A stretch of 64,000 nucleotides of DNA, taken from the IMG/VR virus record IMGVR_UViG_3300008107_000009. The stretch is one strand, 5' to 3'. Numbering within the stretch: the first letter of the stretch is position 1; each line of letters begins with the position of its first letter. Shown in pieces: positions 10,673-20,202 of the stretch. Below the pieces are notes generated by a model. The model was not told where the DNA came from. It saw only the letters and a program-made list of their open reading frames with translations, and did no database searches. Source of the DNA: an uncultured virus (IMG/VR IMGVR_UViG_3300008107_000009) (lineage: Duplodnaviria; Heunggongvirae; Uroviricota; Caudoviricetes). The position numbers were made by a program, and so were the translations under genes.

Positions 10673-11617
10673 TTAACTTAGATCACTAGCGCTAAGTCCA
10701 GCAGTTGATATTACTACCCAAGATCCGTTCTGTGTTGCTGATCCCTTTCCCAATCTATTTTCCCACTGTAGGGTTACTGAAGCTTTATAAGGTAAACTAG
10801 CCGGTACAGTAATTTCAGAAGGGAATCTTCCTGCGTTATTATCAGTATTGAATCCAGTATAATAATTACCGGTGAAAGGTGTTTTTACCCCCGTTCCTAT
10901 TAATCCAGCATAAAGACCGGTATTTACTACAGTAAGTCTAAAACCTTGTGGAACTGCTGGTAGATTAAGAGATCCTCCGTCCCCAGTAGCAACTCTAAAA
11001 TAGAATCCTGTTTGATTACTGGAATCTCCTGTTGCTCCACTAACATAGCTACAATTTGCAAAGACCACGCTTTCATCAAAAGTTAGAACATAGGGATTAC
11101 TAAATGTACCTGTTATGCCGCCGCCTCCGTTACCAGGAGAAAGAAAAGCATTTGTTGCCCCTGATGCACCTGTTGCATTTCTATCAATATAAGATCCAGT
11201 AGCTCCGATTATTACAGATCCATTGAAAGTAACATCTCCATCAAATCTGGCAGTGGAACCAAAAACTGCTGCTCCTGATGCATTGATCTGATTAAATGTT
11301 CCTGTTCCAGAAACTGAAATTTGCCCGGATGAAACGATTCCAGAAAATGAAGCATTTCCTGCGCTAGCACCAGTTCCGTAAATACTAACAGTAGCAGTTC
11401 CAGAAGCTGGAAAAGTTGCCTGGTTAGCAAAAAACGTTTTGGCTTTTAATTGTCCACTGGTGGCCTGAGAAATGTCCATAGATCCCGTTACCACATTAAT
11501 ATTGAATGTGTTCTCTAGATCATTTATTTCATTCTCAACCAGTAGGAAATTTGAATTAATGGTAAGTCTCGAGGCTGCGATCGAGTCAGTGCCTAATATC
11601 TCCTGAATAGTAATCAT
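10673..11617 (-). CDS. Gly/Ser/Thr-rich fibre-like virion protein, 314 aa
   Basis: N-terminus IQEILGTDSIAASRLTINSNF resembles phage fibre attachment segments; beta-strand G/S/T repeats; promoter motif upstream. Confidence 0.55.
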   Translation of the reverse strand: MITIQEILGTDSIAASRLTINSNFLLVENEINDLENTFNINVVTGSMDISQATSGQLKAKTFFANQATFPASGTATVSIYGTGASAGNASFSGIVSSGQISVSGTGTFNQINASGAAVFGSTARFDGDVTFNGSVIIGATGSYIDRNATGASGATNAFLSPGNGGGGITGTFSNPYVLTFDESVVFANCSYVSGATGDSSNQTGFYFRVATGDGGSLNLPAVPQGFRLTVVNTGLYAGLIGTGVKTPFTGNYYTGFNTDNNAGRFPSEITVPASLPYKASVTLQWENRLGKGSATQNGSWVVISTAGLSASDLS

Positions 11618-11635
11618 TTGTTATTTTTTATTCTG

Positions 11636-11647
11636 AATATATATATC
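11636..11647. promoter_or_regulatory. Putative late promoter motif (GATATATA on minus, overlapping AATATATA on plus)
   Basis: AATATATATATC in the divergent gap between the 314-aa gene and phoH; the motif recurs upstream of many genes. Confidence 0.55.
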
Positions 11648-11736
11648 ATACAAGACCGAACGAAGAAATAATTCTTGCATGCTTAGATCATACGGTAAAA
11701 AATTCTTAAGTTTCTCACAAATTAATCCCAAATTTT

Positions 11737-12417
11737 ATGGAAAAAACAACAAAGGAATCTCCTATCAAGGGGAAAGTGAAGGGCCCTATTAAGTTTAAAC
11801 TTCAGCTTAACGAGGAACAAAAGGAAGCTAAATCTATAATTTTAGAAAACCCAGTAACAGTTATCAGGGGTATGGCAGGATCGGGAAAAACACTTCTAGC
11901 TTGTCAGATAGCTCTAGATCTTCTTTTTAACCGGGAAGTTGAAAAGGTTATAATAACAAGACCAACGGTAGCTAAGGAAGATATAGGATTTCTTCCCGGA
12001 GATCTTAAAGAAAAAATGGACCCTTGGCTAGCTCCAATTTATTCCAATCTTTATCTTTTATACGATAAAGAAAAAATAGATAAAATGGTTGCTGACGAGA
12101 TAATTGAAATTCTTCCCTTCCCTTTTATGAGAGGTAGAACATTTCTTCATGCCTGTGTCATTGTTGACGAAGCTCAAAACGTTACTAACTCACAAATGGA
12201 AATGGTTTTGGGAAGACTTGGTATAGCTTCTAAAATTATGATCTGTGGTGATATTTCCCAAATAGACTTAAAAATCAAAAAAGACTCTGGATTGGATTTT
12301 TTAAATACAGTGTCTTCTAGGGTAGATGGGGTTAAAGTCATTTCTCTCAAGAAAAATCACAGGCATCCTATTGTTCCAGAAATTCTTGGGGTTTATACTG
12401 AATACAGAGACAGATAA
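11737..12417 (+). CDS. phoH: PhoH-like ATPase
   Basis: Walker A GMAGSGKT, ITRP, IGFLPGDLKEKMDPW, MRGRTF, IVDEAQN, GDISQID and HRHPIV motifs of the PhoH family. Confidence 0.95.
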   Translation: MEKTTKESPIKGKVKGPIKFKLQLNEEQKEAKSIILENPVTVIRGMAGSGKTLLACQIALDLLFNREVEKVIITRPTVAKEDIGFLPGDLKEKMDPWLAPIYSNLYLLYDKEKIDKMVADEIIEILPFPFMRGRTFLHACVIVDEAQNVTNSQMEMVLGRLGIASKIMICGDISQIDLKIKKDSGLDFLNTVSSRVDGVKVISLKKNHRHPIVPEILGVYTEYRDR

Positions 12418-15400
12418 TTAAATTATCTGAGGCATAGTCTTTTTCTCGTAGATCGCTCTTTTCCTAAAGGTTTCGCTGTTTACGTATTCAACTATTTCTC
12501 CTGGGGGTGGGTTCTTGTGATCTATAACTCTAATGTATCCTTTTTTATCGTGGATATAAATATTTCCATTAGTATCTTCGATCTTAGCTCGTAGGGTATA
12601 AAATCCTGGCTGATTAAATGTCCAGATGAAAGCATGAGCATCTTTTATTTCAATCAGATTTTCGTCATCATCATCGTTAATTAGGGTGTAAACTATATTC
12701 TTCTGACCAGGTATTAAAGAATCTATCGGGTTAAAAATAACGGTAGTTCCCATAGGAACTTCAAATTCTTTATTTGAGATTTTTCTTTCGCCAGATGTCC
12801 AAGATCCAGTACCAAACCAAGAATATACTCCTCCTATATTTTTACCGGTTCTATATTTTAGATTTGTAATTTTTCCAATAAATGCATCCTCTCCTCCACT
12901 TGGTGAAGCAATCCAGTTTGAAAATTCCGATTCTCCTGAAATATATCCGGTTAAATAAATATTATCTTCTTTATCTAGTGAAAGAGATATACCCTCATCT
13001 CTATTAATACCCCCAGCATCAACTATATCAAGAAGTATTCCGTGATGATCATATTTAAATAAAACAATGTCGCTATTTCCTTCGGGGGATGGATAATAGC
13101 TAGGGGAAGAAAATTCCGGTGAAGCTATTAAAGGTCCGTCGTATGATCCCAAAATATAAAGGTTACCTTCAGAATCTATTTCTACGTCCTGGCAATAATC
13201 TGCATCCTTAGATCCTACAGATTTTGCCCAAAGATTTCTGTATCCGTTAAATTTCATGATTGCTATATCTTTGTCCCCGTTAGAAGATATAACGTTACCC
13301 TCTACTTCGATAAATCCAGAAAAAGTAGCACCAAGAGCAATTTCTCCGTTCCCTGAGACTTTAATTCTTGGACTTATGTGATAATTCGAATGATCACTAT
13401 TTCTATAGGATCTTGTCCACTCTATATGAAAATCATAGCTAATGAATTTTGAGAGAATTAAATTCTGAACAGATCCTACTCTGGAACTGTATGCCAAATA
13501 AAGATCTTCATAATCCTTTCCTATTTGAATAGAAGGATTTTCTTCAATTCCTCCGCTATTTGCTTTATAAAGCCATTTTACGTTCCCGTCACCCTCGATC
13601 CTAGCTACAAAGACTTCAGGGTCTGATCCAGAACTGGATATTGAGAAGTTTCCAGCAGAAAGTGTTCCACTAAATATTCCAGCAACATAAACGTTACCAA
13701 CCTGGTCTATAGCAAGATCTTTTATCAAATCTCTAGCAGTATCACTGGAAGGCGAAAATAAATTAGTACCACTAACAAAAACAGCATTCCAATTCCATTT
13801 TAAGTAGATATTGGTAGGAAGTTCTGATGTTGTGTTATTTCTATTTTTTTCCTTATACCCGACAACAACTACGTTACCTACCCTATCAACCTTGATTCCG
13901 GTTGGGGTAAAATCATAATCCGCAAATCCACTAAAGCTTGCATCTCCATATTTTCTCGCCCATTGTACAACACCAAATTGGTTATACTTAGCAACAAATA
14001 TTGATCTACAGCTATTAGAAGCAAGAGTTGTATTTGCACCTATTGGTAGGTTATTCTTAGATCCAAAACTTATAGTTCCTGAGAAAAATCCAGTAACATA
14101 AACATACCCTTCTTCATCCACAAATGTTTTTATCCCTCTATCATCCTGGGTATCTCCTATTTTAATAACCCATTCAAATCTATCAAGAAGATTTCCAATC
14201 TCCCTATCGGAGCTTCTAATAACATTGCTGTTTCTCCAATATGACTCCTTTAATGCAACACCAGAAGCAATATCTCTAAGCGGTGCATCGAGGAAAAGAT
14301 TGTCAATATCAATTCCAGGATGTGAATCTGTTACATCTCTAAAATCATAATTAATCCAGCTAGGGATTTTCCACGATTTGCTATCAACGTAAGGAAGTTG
14401 GGGATCTTTACCGATATTTATTGAAGAAGTGTATAAAGGACCAACAATAAAGTTGAAATTTACTTCTGTTTCTCCGATACCTTTTTCTCTTACATAAATA
14501 GGATCTGGAACTGGTCTATATGATAAATGATAAATAAAATCCCATCCAGAAATTCCAGGGGTTTTTGCCGATGCATGAATATAGGGAATAACAAAAGAAA
14601 TTTTTCTCGCGTGGATGTTTTGCGGTGTTGGATAAGACCCAACGCTGGATTGATCCCAATAATTAGCATTAACATAAGGAGATCCTATTCTTGGTTCATC
14701 CCCCAAATAAAATAAATCACCTACGTTCCTAGTAAAATTCCCGTCAATATACTTTACATTATTTTTAAAGAAATAAATATCTTCATAATCATAATCTAAA
14801 CTGTAGATAGGTCCAAATGTGTTTATGGTTCCAGGATCATCTGAATAAACTACAAAAGTTATTCCGTTAAAATAAACTAATTCATAGATTTCTGTTCCTG
14901 TTTGTACTATAAAGAATATCCTTCCACTTCCAAGATTTACTATGTTTCTACTTTTACCGACTGGTAATTCTGGATTGGTAGTTGGCGTCCAACATCCCCA
15001 TCTTATATTATCATAATAACATATTCCATTAGAACTTCCTATCCACTTACTTCCAGATTCATCTATTTCCAATGAATAAAGATCGTTAGTATGGAGACCA
15101 CTGTTACTGATATCCAGTGTATCAATTTTAATCCCGTTGTATGTTTTTAATCCACCATTAGTAACAATCCAAAGTTTAGATTTCTTTCCAATATATTCAT
15201 ACTTTAACTGTCTGATACTATACAGAGTAGTATCAATAATTCCAATATTTTCTTGAGGAATTAATTCCCAATATCCTGTGGATGATTCCGGATTTTGAGA
15301 AAGATTACTACCAACTAGGGATCTATATGATAATCCATTCTTACTAACAATACTTCCAACATTATATGTTCTACTAGCATTCCATGAAGGACCTAGAGTT

Positions 15401-18400
15401 GAAATAACAACGAATTCTTTAGAAGAAGCATTAAACTCTATTAATCTATAGGAATCTTCTGGAGATCCAACAGAATATGATTGTATGTACTTAACATACA
15501 TCACAAAGTTTTCAGTCCTATCATCTACGGCTAAGCATATTGTTTGAAATTGAGAATCAGGGACAGGAGCTAAATAATTGAGATCTGGTCTGGAGAATCC
15601 GGATACGAGAACAGAACTAACTAGTATTGTCTCCTCTGGTTTTTGTCTATTATAAATAACTAGAGGTACAGCACATCTTTCTCCATAACACCACCAATTT
15701 CCATATTCATCAGGTAAAACTTTTCTTGGAACAGACCCGGGATATTCAGTACCTATATAATAATAATCTATATCTGTTGGGGATTTCATTACCTTGACAG
15801 AGGTAACTCCTCCCATGATTATATCACCGTCTCTATCTTGCTTTATAGATAAAGGAGCACCCATTGCAGGCGATCCAACTTGTAAATCATATGATAAGGT
15901 TTCCTCTTTGTAAGGCCTAGCTATACACGTAAGACCCGGGGAAATAACATCCCCAGTGTTCTTAAAATATTCCGGCAATTTTGAAAATCCCCTAACTTCA
16001 TAATAGAATCTAGAAATATTCGGATCTGTTGACGCATTTAATTGATCAGCAGCTTCCCTTAAATCTAGATAATTTGGACTTGCATCAGGGGAAGAAACAT
16101 TCCCTAGAATTATTCCTTTAGACTTTTGACTAACCCTTATTTTATCTCCACTTTGTAGATTATAAAGGGAAAATCCACCTAACCAGTCATTATGAAAATC
16201 ATACATTCCCCAGGTTTGAGAATATAAATTATTCCAAGAAAGAGAATCAAAAGAGTCCCAGTTTAATCCCTTGGTTCCATAGTATCTGGTATTTTCCGTT
16301 GGAAGATCTCCTTCAAAATTATAATCAACATAATCAGAGTAAGCATTAATTCCTCCAGAGAATTGTGAAGAATATGATTTAACTGCAGAACTTCCATCGT
16401 ATAGATAAAGGCCACCGGTCGTAGTAAACTCGAGGGATTTACCATTGTATAATGCTCCCCTCCCTATCGGTGTTTTAAAAACAACATCCATCCATTCTTG
16501 AACGTTAGCTGTGGAAATAAGAGAAGTAGTTATAGTATCAATCCCGAAAGCAGGATCTTTCGTGAACCCATTGAATTTACTCATCAAATTGCCCAGTGTA
16601 GTATCCAATCTTCCATTAAAATCAACAGTATGATAATTAGATCCCTCGTACTTTACAGTAATGCTCCCGGATTTAACCACACTTATAAGGGAAGGTGTTA
16701 CTGAACCTGAGAGTATAATCGGAAGGGTGAAACCTGTAGCTGTAACGTTACTTATTAGATAAGTCCCGGAAAGATTTCCTGCCCCAGTGTTGTATCCATC
16801 TATTAATGTTACTCTCTCCCCGTTTATAAAAGAATGTGGAAGATATGATGAATTTAAAGTTGCAATCACTGGACCAGAACCTGTTCCACTATAAGAACTG
16901 GTAAAGCTAGACATAGGTATTTTTTGTAGACCGAATCTAACTAAAGAAGATCCTATAGTTTCTGGAAAATCTTTTAAAATCTTGCATTTTTGACCCTCGT
17001 TAAATTGATTTCCATATTCAGCAGGATTTAGGATTAAATTAGATGGTTTAGGTTCTTCTGGTCTTCTTTCAACGGGAAAAACCCACATCGATTCAAAATT
17101 ATCCCAAGGCTGTTTTGTCTGATCCCAGGTATAAACTTCAGCTTCTCTGAATCTAGAAACACTAACAATTTCAACTTCCCTCTTCTTAACTTCCAAGCAA
17201 TTCTCATAGTGTGTAGAACAGATGTCGTTAAATCCATCCCAAACCCTGCATTGAACCGAATATATTCCATCATATGGAAGAACAAGGGGAAGTTTATAAT
17301 AATCAGTTATTTTACCTCTTAGATCATAATAATAAGGTCTATCATCTTTCTTTGTGATCTTCCATTCAACCTCATAAAATCCCGCGAATCTAAGATTATC
17401 CCAAGAATAAAATCCGTCGGGATTGAAAGAATAATCATAATAGGATAAATCGAGATTGTCTTTAAAAATGTTAACGATTTCTACTTTCCAGTCATCGAAT
17501 ATTCCTTCATTTTTAACCCATAAAAGTTTAACATTAGCTATTCCAGTGAGAGTACTATAGCTTTGAACCTCACATAGAAACTGACAATCGGAATCTGTGT
17601 TAGAAGTAAATTTAAGTTGAACCTTACCAGATGCTGGGTTTAAAATTGATATACCAGTTTGGAGATTAATATTGAACAAGGTTCCAAATATGGTAGAAAG
17701 ATTAAATTCAAAATTTAAGCTAGAGTCTATTAGGGTCTGATCGTTATATCCGGAAACATCTGAAATAGATGCTAGTGTTGAAGAATATGTTGAAATATTT
17801 CTATCTAAAGAATCCCACTGATTATTTACTTCGTCCCATGTTAAAACAAAAGATGTTATTTCCATCGTAACCGGAAATCCTGCGGGGACATCATAAACTT
17901 TCCCGTCATATAGTTTTCGGTATCCCCCGTTTTTATTATCTCCGTCACCTAGTCTGTAAGGTTTTATTCCCTTCGTGTTTCTTTCATCATAAAATAGCTT
18001 TATTGCATCAGCTAAAGCTTTGGACTGTTTACCTGGGAGTTTTAAATTGTTCTGGGGTAAATCTACTAGATTTCCATAAGTTGAAAAATCGTAGGTGTTA
18101 GGTTCCACCCCAACATAAGGAACATACGGAATATCAGAATTGGGTCTTACTGAAAAGGGCCTTAAATCCTCTATGTAACCATATTCTGGGGTAAATCCTA
18201 GCTCTAGGTCAATTCCCTGATTTAACTCATCTATCTTTAAATTATCTGTCCATGCTCTGGTTTTGTAGATTCCAAAATAGACACCTTCTCCTGTTATATC
18301 AATAATCCTCGCATTTAAAGGAAGATAATCTTTTTTTAATTTTTCTTTTAAGCCAAACAGTTTTATAAGTACCTCCTCCGGAGAAAAAACAAAAGCATTT

Positions 18401-19947
18401 TCCACAACGGGATATTCATAAATGTCCTCTTGGTTCTCAACTACCCTGTTGATATCATAGAATAAACCAAAGAGTGCAGTTTTCTTAAAACTTGAGGATG
18501 GAAATAATTTTTCCATCGAGGATTTTAAACCAAAAGTTCCGTCGTTTCTTTTTCCGTAAATTTCTACCTGTTTATACTTACCAGAATTTTCATCGTCAAT
18601 TATACTGGATATTAAATTTTGTTGACCTCCGGGTAAAGCATTCCACCTCTCTAAAAAATCCGTATTTTGTTTGAGAGCGGATGTTTCAGATTCAGATTTT
18701 TTAATATTTAACCAATATTCTTTAATTCTTAGATCTTGGTACCCAAAAAATTTAATAGCATTAACAAGACCCTTATAAGATCCTAAATAAGAGTATATTT
18801 CATGTCCTTCTAATAAAAGCTCTTTTCTCTTATCATTTAAAATCTCATAATCTGTGAATGGCTCTTTGGGATCAGAATCTCTTAATATATAAGCGTCTTC
18901 CGCATTTAACCTTCTCCCAAAATTATTTAAAATTGTTTTATATCTTTCATCTTCACCTATTGTTTCCCCGTGTATCTCTATCCTTGCTACAGTTTTTGGG
19001 TACCCTAATGAAAGATCCTCTATTACTAATGTTCTACCGAATATTCCCTCCTCTTTAGAATTAAGAGCTATGTTAACAGAGGCACTTCCCGAATATATTT
19101 CACCCGAGCTTCTTAAGTAATCATTTACAGTTTCATTTGGATCATAATCGATTTTTAAATAATTAGTATTGATTGATTCTAAAACAGGAGCATCCAGAGT
19201 TCCATCTTCGGTGAGGATGTATTGATATATGTAAGAAGAAATGTTATTTCTTTCCTCGACAGGATATACAAAAACCGTGATGTTATTAAGAGTAACTTCG
19301 CACTTCTTGTTTAAGTATATTTTATTTCCAGAAACTTTTGTAATTCTAGCATCTTTAGGAATTCCGTCTCCTAAAATCATTAAAAATTCGTCATTCTCCG
19401 AAATAGCACTTACATCAGAGGAAGTCGTGATATAATCTAATCCCTTAGTTATACTCGCTCTAATAGGATCAAAAGCATCAAAATCTAAAACGTTTCTAGT
19501 TGTCTCGAAACTAACTCTCCATAAATTAAAAAACAAAGGGACGGAATTTTCTGAAAACGTTGCAGCATTTTCAAGCTCAATTGTCTTATCCACCACACTA
19601 ACACCAGTTACAAGATTTCCGTTAGGGAACTGCTGACAAAAAACCTTAGATCCTATAAAATCCACAACAGGTTCAGAGTTTAATGTAACCTTTCTAGATC
19701 CAGAATTAAAAGATCCATATATTCCAGATGCAGAGGTTGAACTTATTTCTGGGGTTATATGAGGATATCCATAAACAGTGTTTCCGTTTAGATCTTCAAA
19801 TTTTTCAATTATAAACAGGTGTTCTATTTCAAAAAGATCCACAGATACCTGAGGAAGCATTAATCTAGTTTCCCAGAATTCTCCGTTCCAAACAAAATTT
19901 GATTGGTGCCCAGTTTTATTAAAAAATAGAAGATTTTTATAATTCAT
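12418..19947 (-). CDS. Giant multidomain baseplate protein, 2509 aa (gp7-like wedge N-terminal part; CBM-like, beta-propeller and PKD-like C-terminal domains)
   Basis: Follows the gp25 and gp6 homologues; YLGSYKGLVNAIKFFGY wedge-like motif; propeller repeats (VDEEGYVYVTGFFSG, IDQVGNVYVAGIFSG, IDSEGNLYILGSYDG, LDKEDNIYLTGYISG); terminal WTFNQPGFYTLRAKIEDTNGN. Confidence 0.65.
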   Translation of the reverse strand: MNYKNLLFFNKTGHQSNFVWNGEFWETRLMLPQVSVDLFEIEHLFIIEKFEDLNGNTVYGYPHITPEISSTSASGIYGSFNSGSRKVTLNSEPVVDFIGSKVFCQQFPNGNLVTGVSVVDKTIELENAATFSENSVPLFFNLWRVSFETTRNVLDFDAFDPIRASITKGLDYITTSSDVSAISENDEFLMILGDGIPKDARITKVSGNKIYLNKKCEVTLNNITVFVYPVEERNNISSYIYQYILTEDGTLDAPVLESINTNYLKIDYDPNETVNDYLRSSGEIYSGSASVNIALNSKEEGIFGRTLVIEDLSLGYPKTVARIEIHGETIGEDERYKTILNNFGRRLNAEDAYILRDSDPKEPFTDYEILNDKRKELLLEGHEIYSYLGSYKGLVNAIKFFGYQDLRIKEYWLNIKKSESETSALKQNTDFLERWNALPGGQQNLISSIIDDENSGKYKQVEIYGKRNDGTFGLKSSMEKLFPSSSFKKTALFGLFYDINRVVENQEDIYEYPVVENAFVFSPEEVLIKLFGLKEKLKKDYLPLNARIIDITGEGVYFGIYKTRAWTDNLKIDELNQGIDLELGFTPEYGYIEDLRPFSVRPNSDIPYVPYVGVEPNTYDFSTYGNLVDLPQNNLKLPGKQSKALADAIKLFYDERNTKGIKPYRLGDGDNKNGGYRKLYDGKVYDVPAGFPVTMEITSFVLTWDEVNNQWDSLDRNISTYSSTLASISDVSGYNDQTLIDSSLNFEFNLSTIFGTLFNINLQTGISILNPASGKVQLKFTSNTDSDCQFLCEVQSYSTLTGIANVKLLWVKNEGIFDDWKVEIVNIFKDNLDLSYYDYSFNPDGFYSWDNLRFAGFYEVEWKITKKDDRPYYYDLRGKITDYYKLPLVLPYDGIYSVQCRVWDGFNDICSTHYENCLEVKKREVEIVSVSRFREAEVYTWDQTKQPWDNFESMWVFPVERRPEEPKPSNLILNPAEYGNQFNEGQKCKILKDFPETIGSSLVRFGLQKIPMSSFTSSYSGTGSGPVIATLNSSYLPHSFINGERVTLIDGYNTGAGNLSGTYLISNVTATGFTLPIILSGSVTPSLISVVKSGSITVKYEGSNYHTVDFNGRLDTTLGNLMSKFNGFTKDPAFGIDTITTSLISTANVQEWMDVVFKTPIGRGALYNGKSLEFTTTGGLYLYDGSSAVKSYSSQFSGGINAYSDYVDYNFEGDLPTENTRYYGTKGLNWDSFDSLSWNNLYSQTWGMYDFHNDWLGGFSLYNLQSGDKIRVSQKSKGIILGNVSSPDASPNYLDLREAADQLNASTDPNISRFYYEVRGFSKLPEYFKNTGDVISPGLTCIARPYKEETLSYDLQVGSPAMGAPLSIKQDRDGDIIMGGVTSVKVMKSPTDIDYYYIGTEYPGSVPRKVLPDEYGNWWCYGERCAVPLVIYNRQKPEETILVSSVLVSGFSRPDLNYLAPVPDSQFQTICLAVDDRTENFVMYVKYIQSYSVGSPEDSYRLIEFNASSKEFVVISTLGPSWNASRTYNVGSIVSKNGLSYRSLVGSNLSQNPESSTGYWELIPQENIGIIDTTLYSIRQLKYEYIGKKSKLWIVTNGGLKTYNGIKIDTLDISNSGLHTNDLYSLEIDESGSKWIGSSNGICYYDNIRWGCWTPTTNPELPVGKSRNIVNLGSGRIFFIVQTGTEIYELVYFNGITFVVYSDDPGTINTFGPIYSLDYDYEDIYFFKNNVKYIDGNFTRNVGDLFYLGDEPRIGSPYVNANYWDQSSVGSYPTPQNIHARKISFVIPYIHASAKTPGISGWDFIYHLSYRPVPDPIYVREKGIGETEVNFNFIVGPLYTSSINIGKDPQLPYVDSKSWKIPSWINYDFRDVTDSHPGIDIDNLFLDAPLRDIASGVALKESYWRNSNVIRSSDREIGNLLDRFEWVIKIGDTQDDRGIKTFVDEEGYVYVTGFFSGTISFGSKNNLPIGANTTLASNSCRSIFVAKYNQFGVVQWARKYGDASFSGFADYDFTPTGIKVDRVGNVVVVGYKEKNRNNTTSELPTNIYLKWNWNAVFVSGTNLFSPSSDTARDLIKDLAIDQVGNVYVAGIFSGTLSAGNFSISSSGSDPEVFVARIEGDGNVKWLYKANSGGIEENPSIQIGKDYEDLYLAYSSRVGSVQNLILSKFISYDFHIEWTRSYRNSDHSNYHISPRIKVSGNGEIALGATFSGFIEVEGNVISSNGDKDIAIMKFNGYRNLWAKSVGSKDADYCQDVEIDSEGNLYILGSYDGPLIASPEFSSPSYYPSPEGNSDIVLFKYDHHGILLDIVDAGGINRDEGISLSLDKEDNIYLTGYISGESEFSNWIASPSGGEDAFIGKITNLKYRTGKNIGGVYSWFGTGSWTSGERKISNKEFEVPMGTTVIFNPIDSLIPGQKNIVYTLINDDDDENLIEIKDAHAFIWTFNQPGFYTLRAKIEDTNGNIYIHDKKGYIRVIDHKNPPPGEIVEYVNSETFRKRAIYEKKTMPQII

Positions 19948-20201
19948 TACCTAACGTACTTATTATTTTTAGGAACTCTGTAGTTAACAAAATTTCTAAT
20001 TCCCTTAGTTGCCTCGATTAATCTATAAACTACCCTCTCGATATACGACATTATACTTTTCCTGTTTTTGTCGCCTTCAAGTGTTATAGAGGACAGGGTT
20101 TTTTCAAATATCTGCCCCTCGTAGTTGAATCCAACATTTGATCTATTATCTCTTGTTGAATTTATGTAGTCATAATAACTTTTTCTTTCAGTATTAAACA
20201 T
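19947..20201 (-). CDS. Small hypothetical protein in the baseplate operon, 84 aa
   Basis: ATG ORF that exactly fills the gap between the gp6-like and 2509-aa genes, with TAATG stop/start overlap. Confidence 0.7.
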   Translation of the reverse strand: MFNTERKSYYDYINSTRDNRSNVGFNYEGQIFEKTLSSITLEGDKNRKSIMSYIERVVYRLIEATKGIRNFVNYRVPKNNKYVR

Positions 20202-20202
20202 T

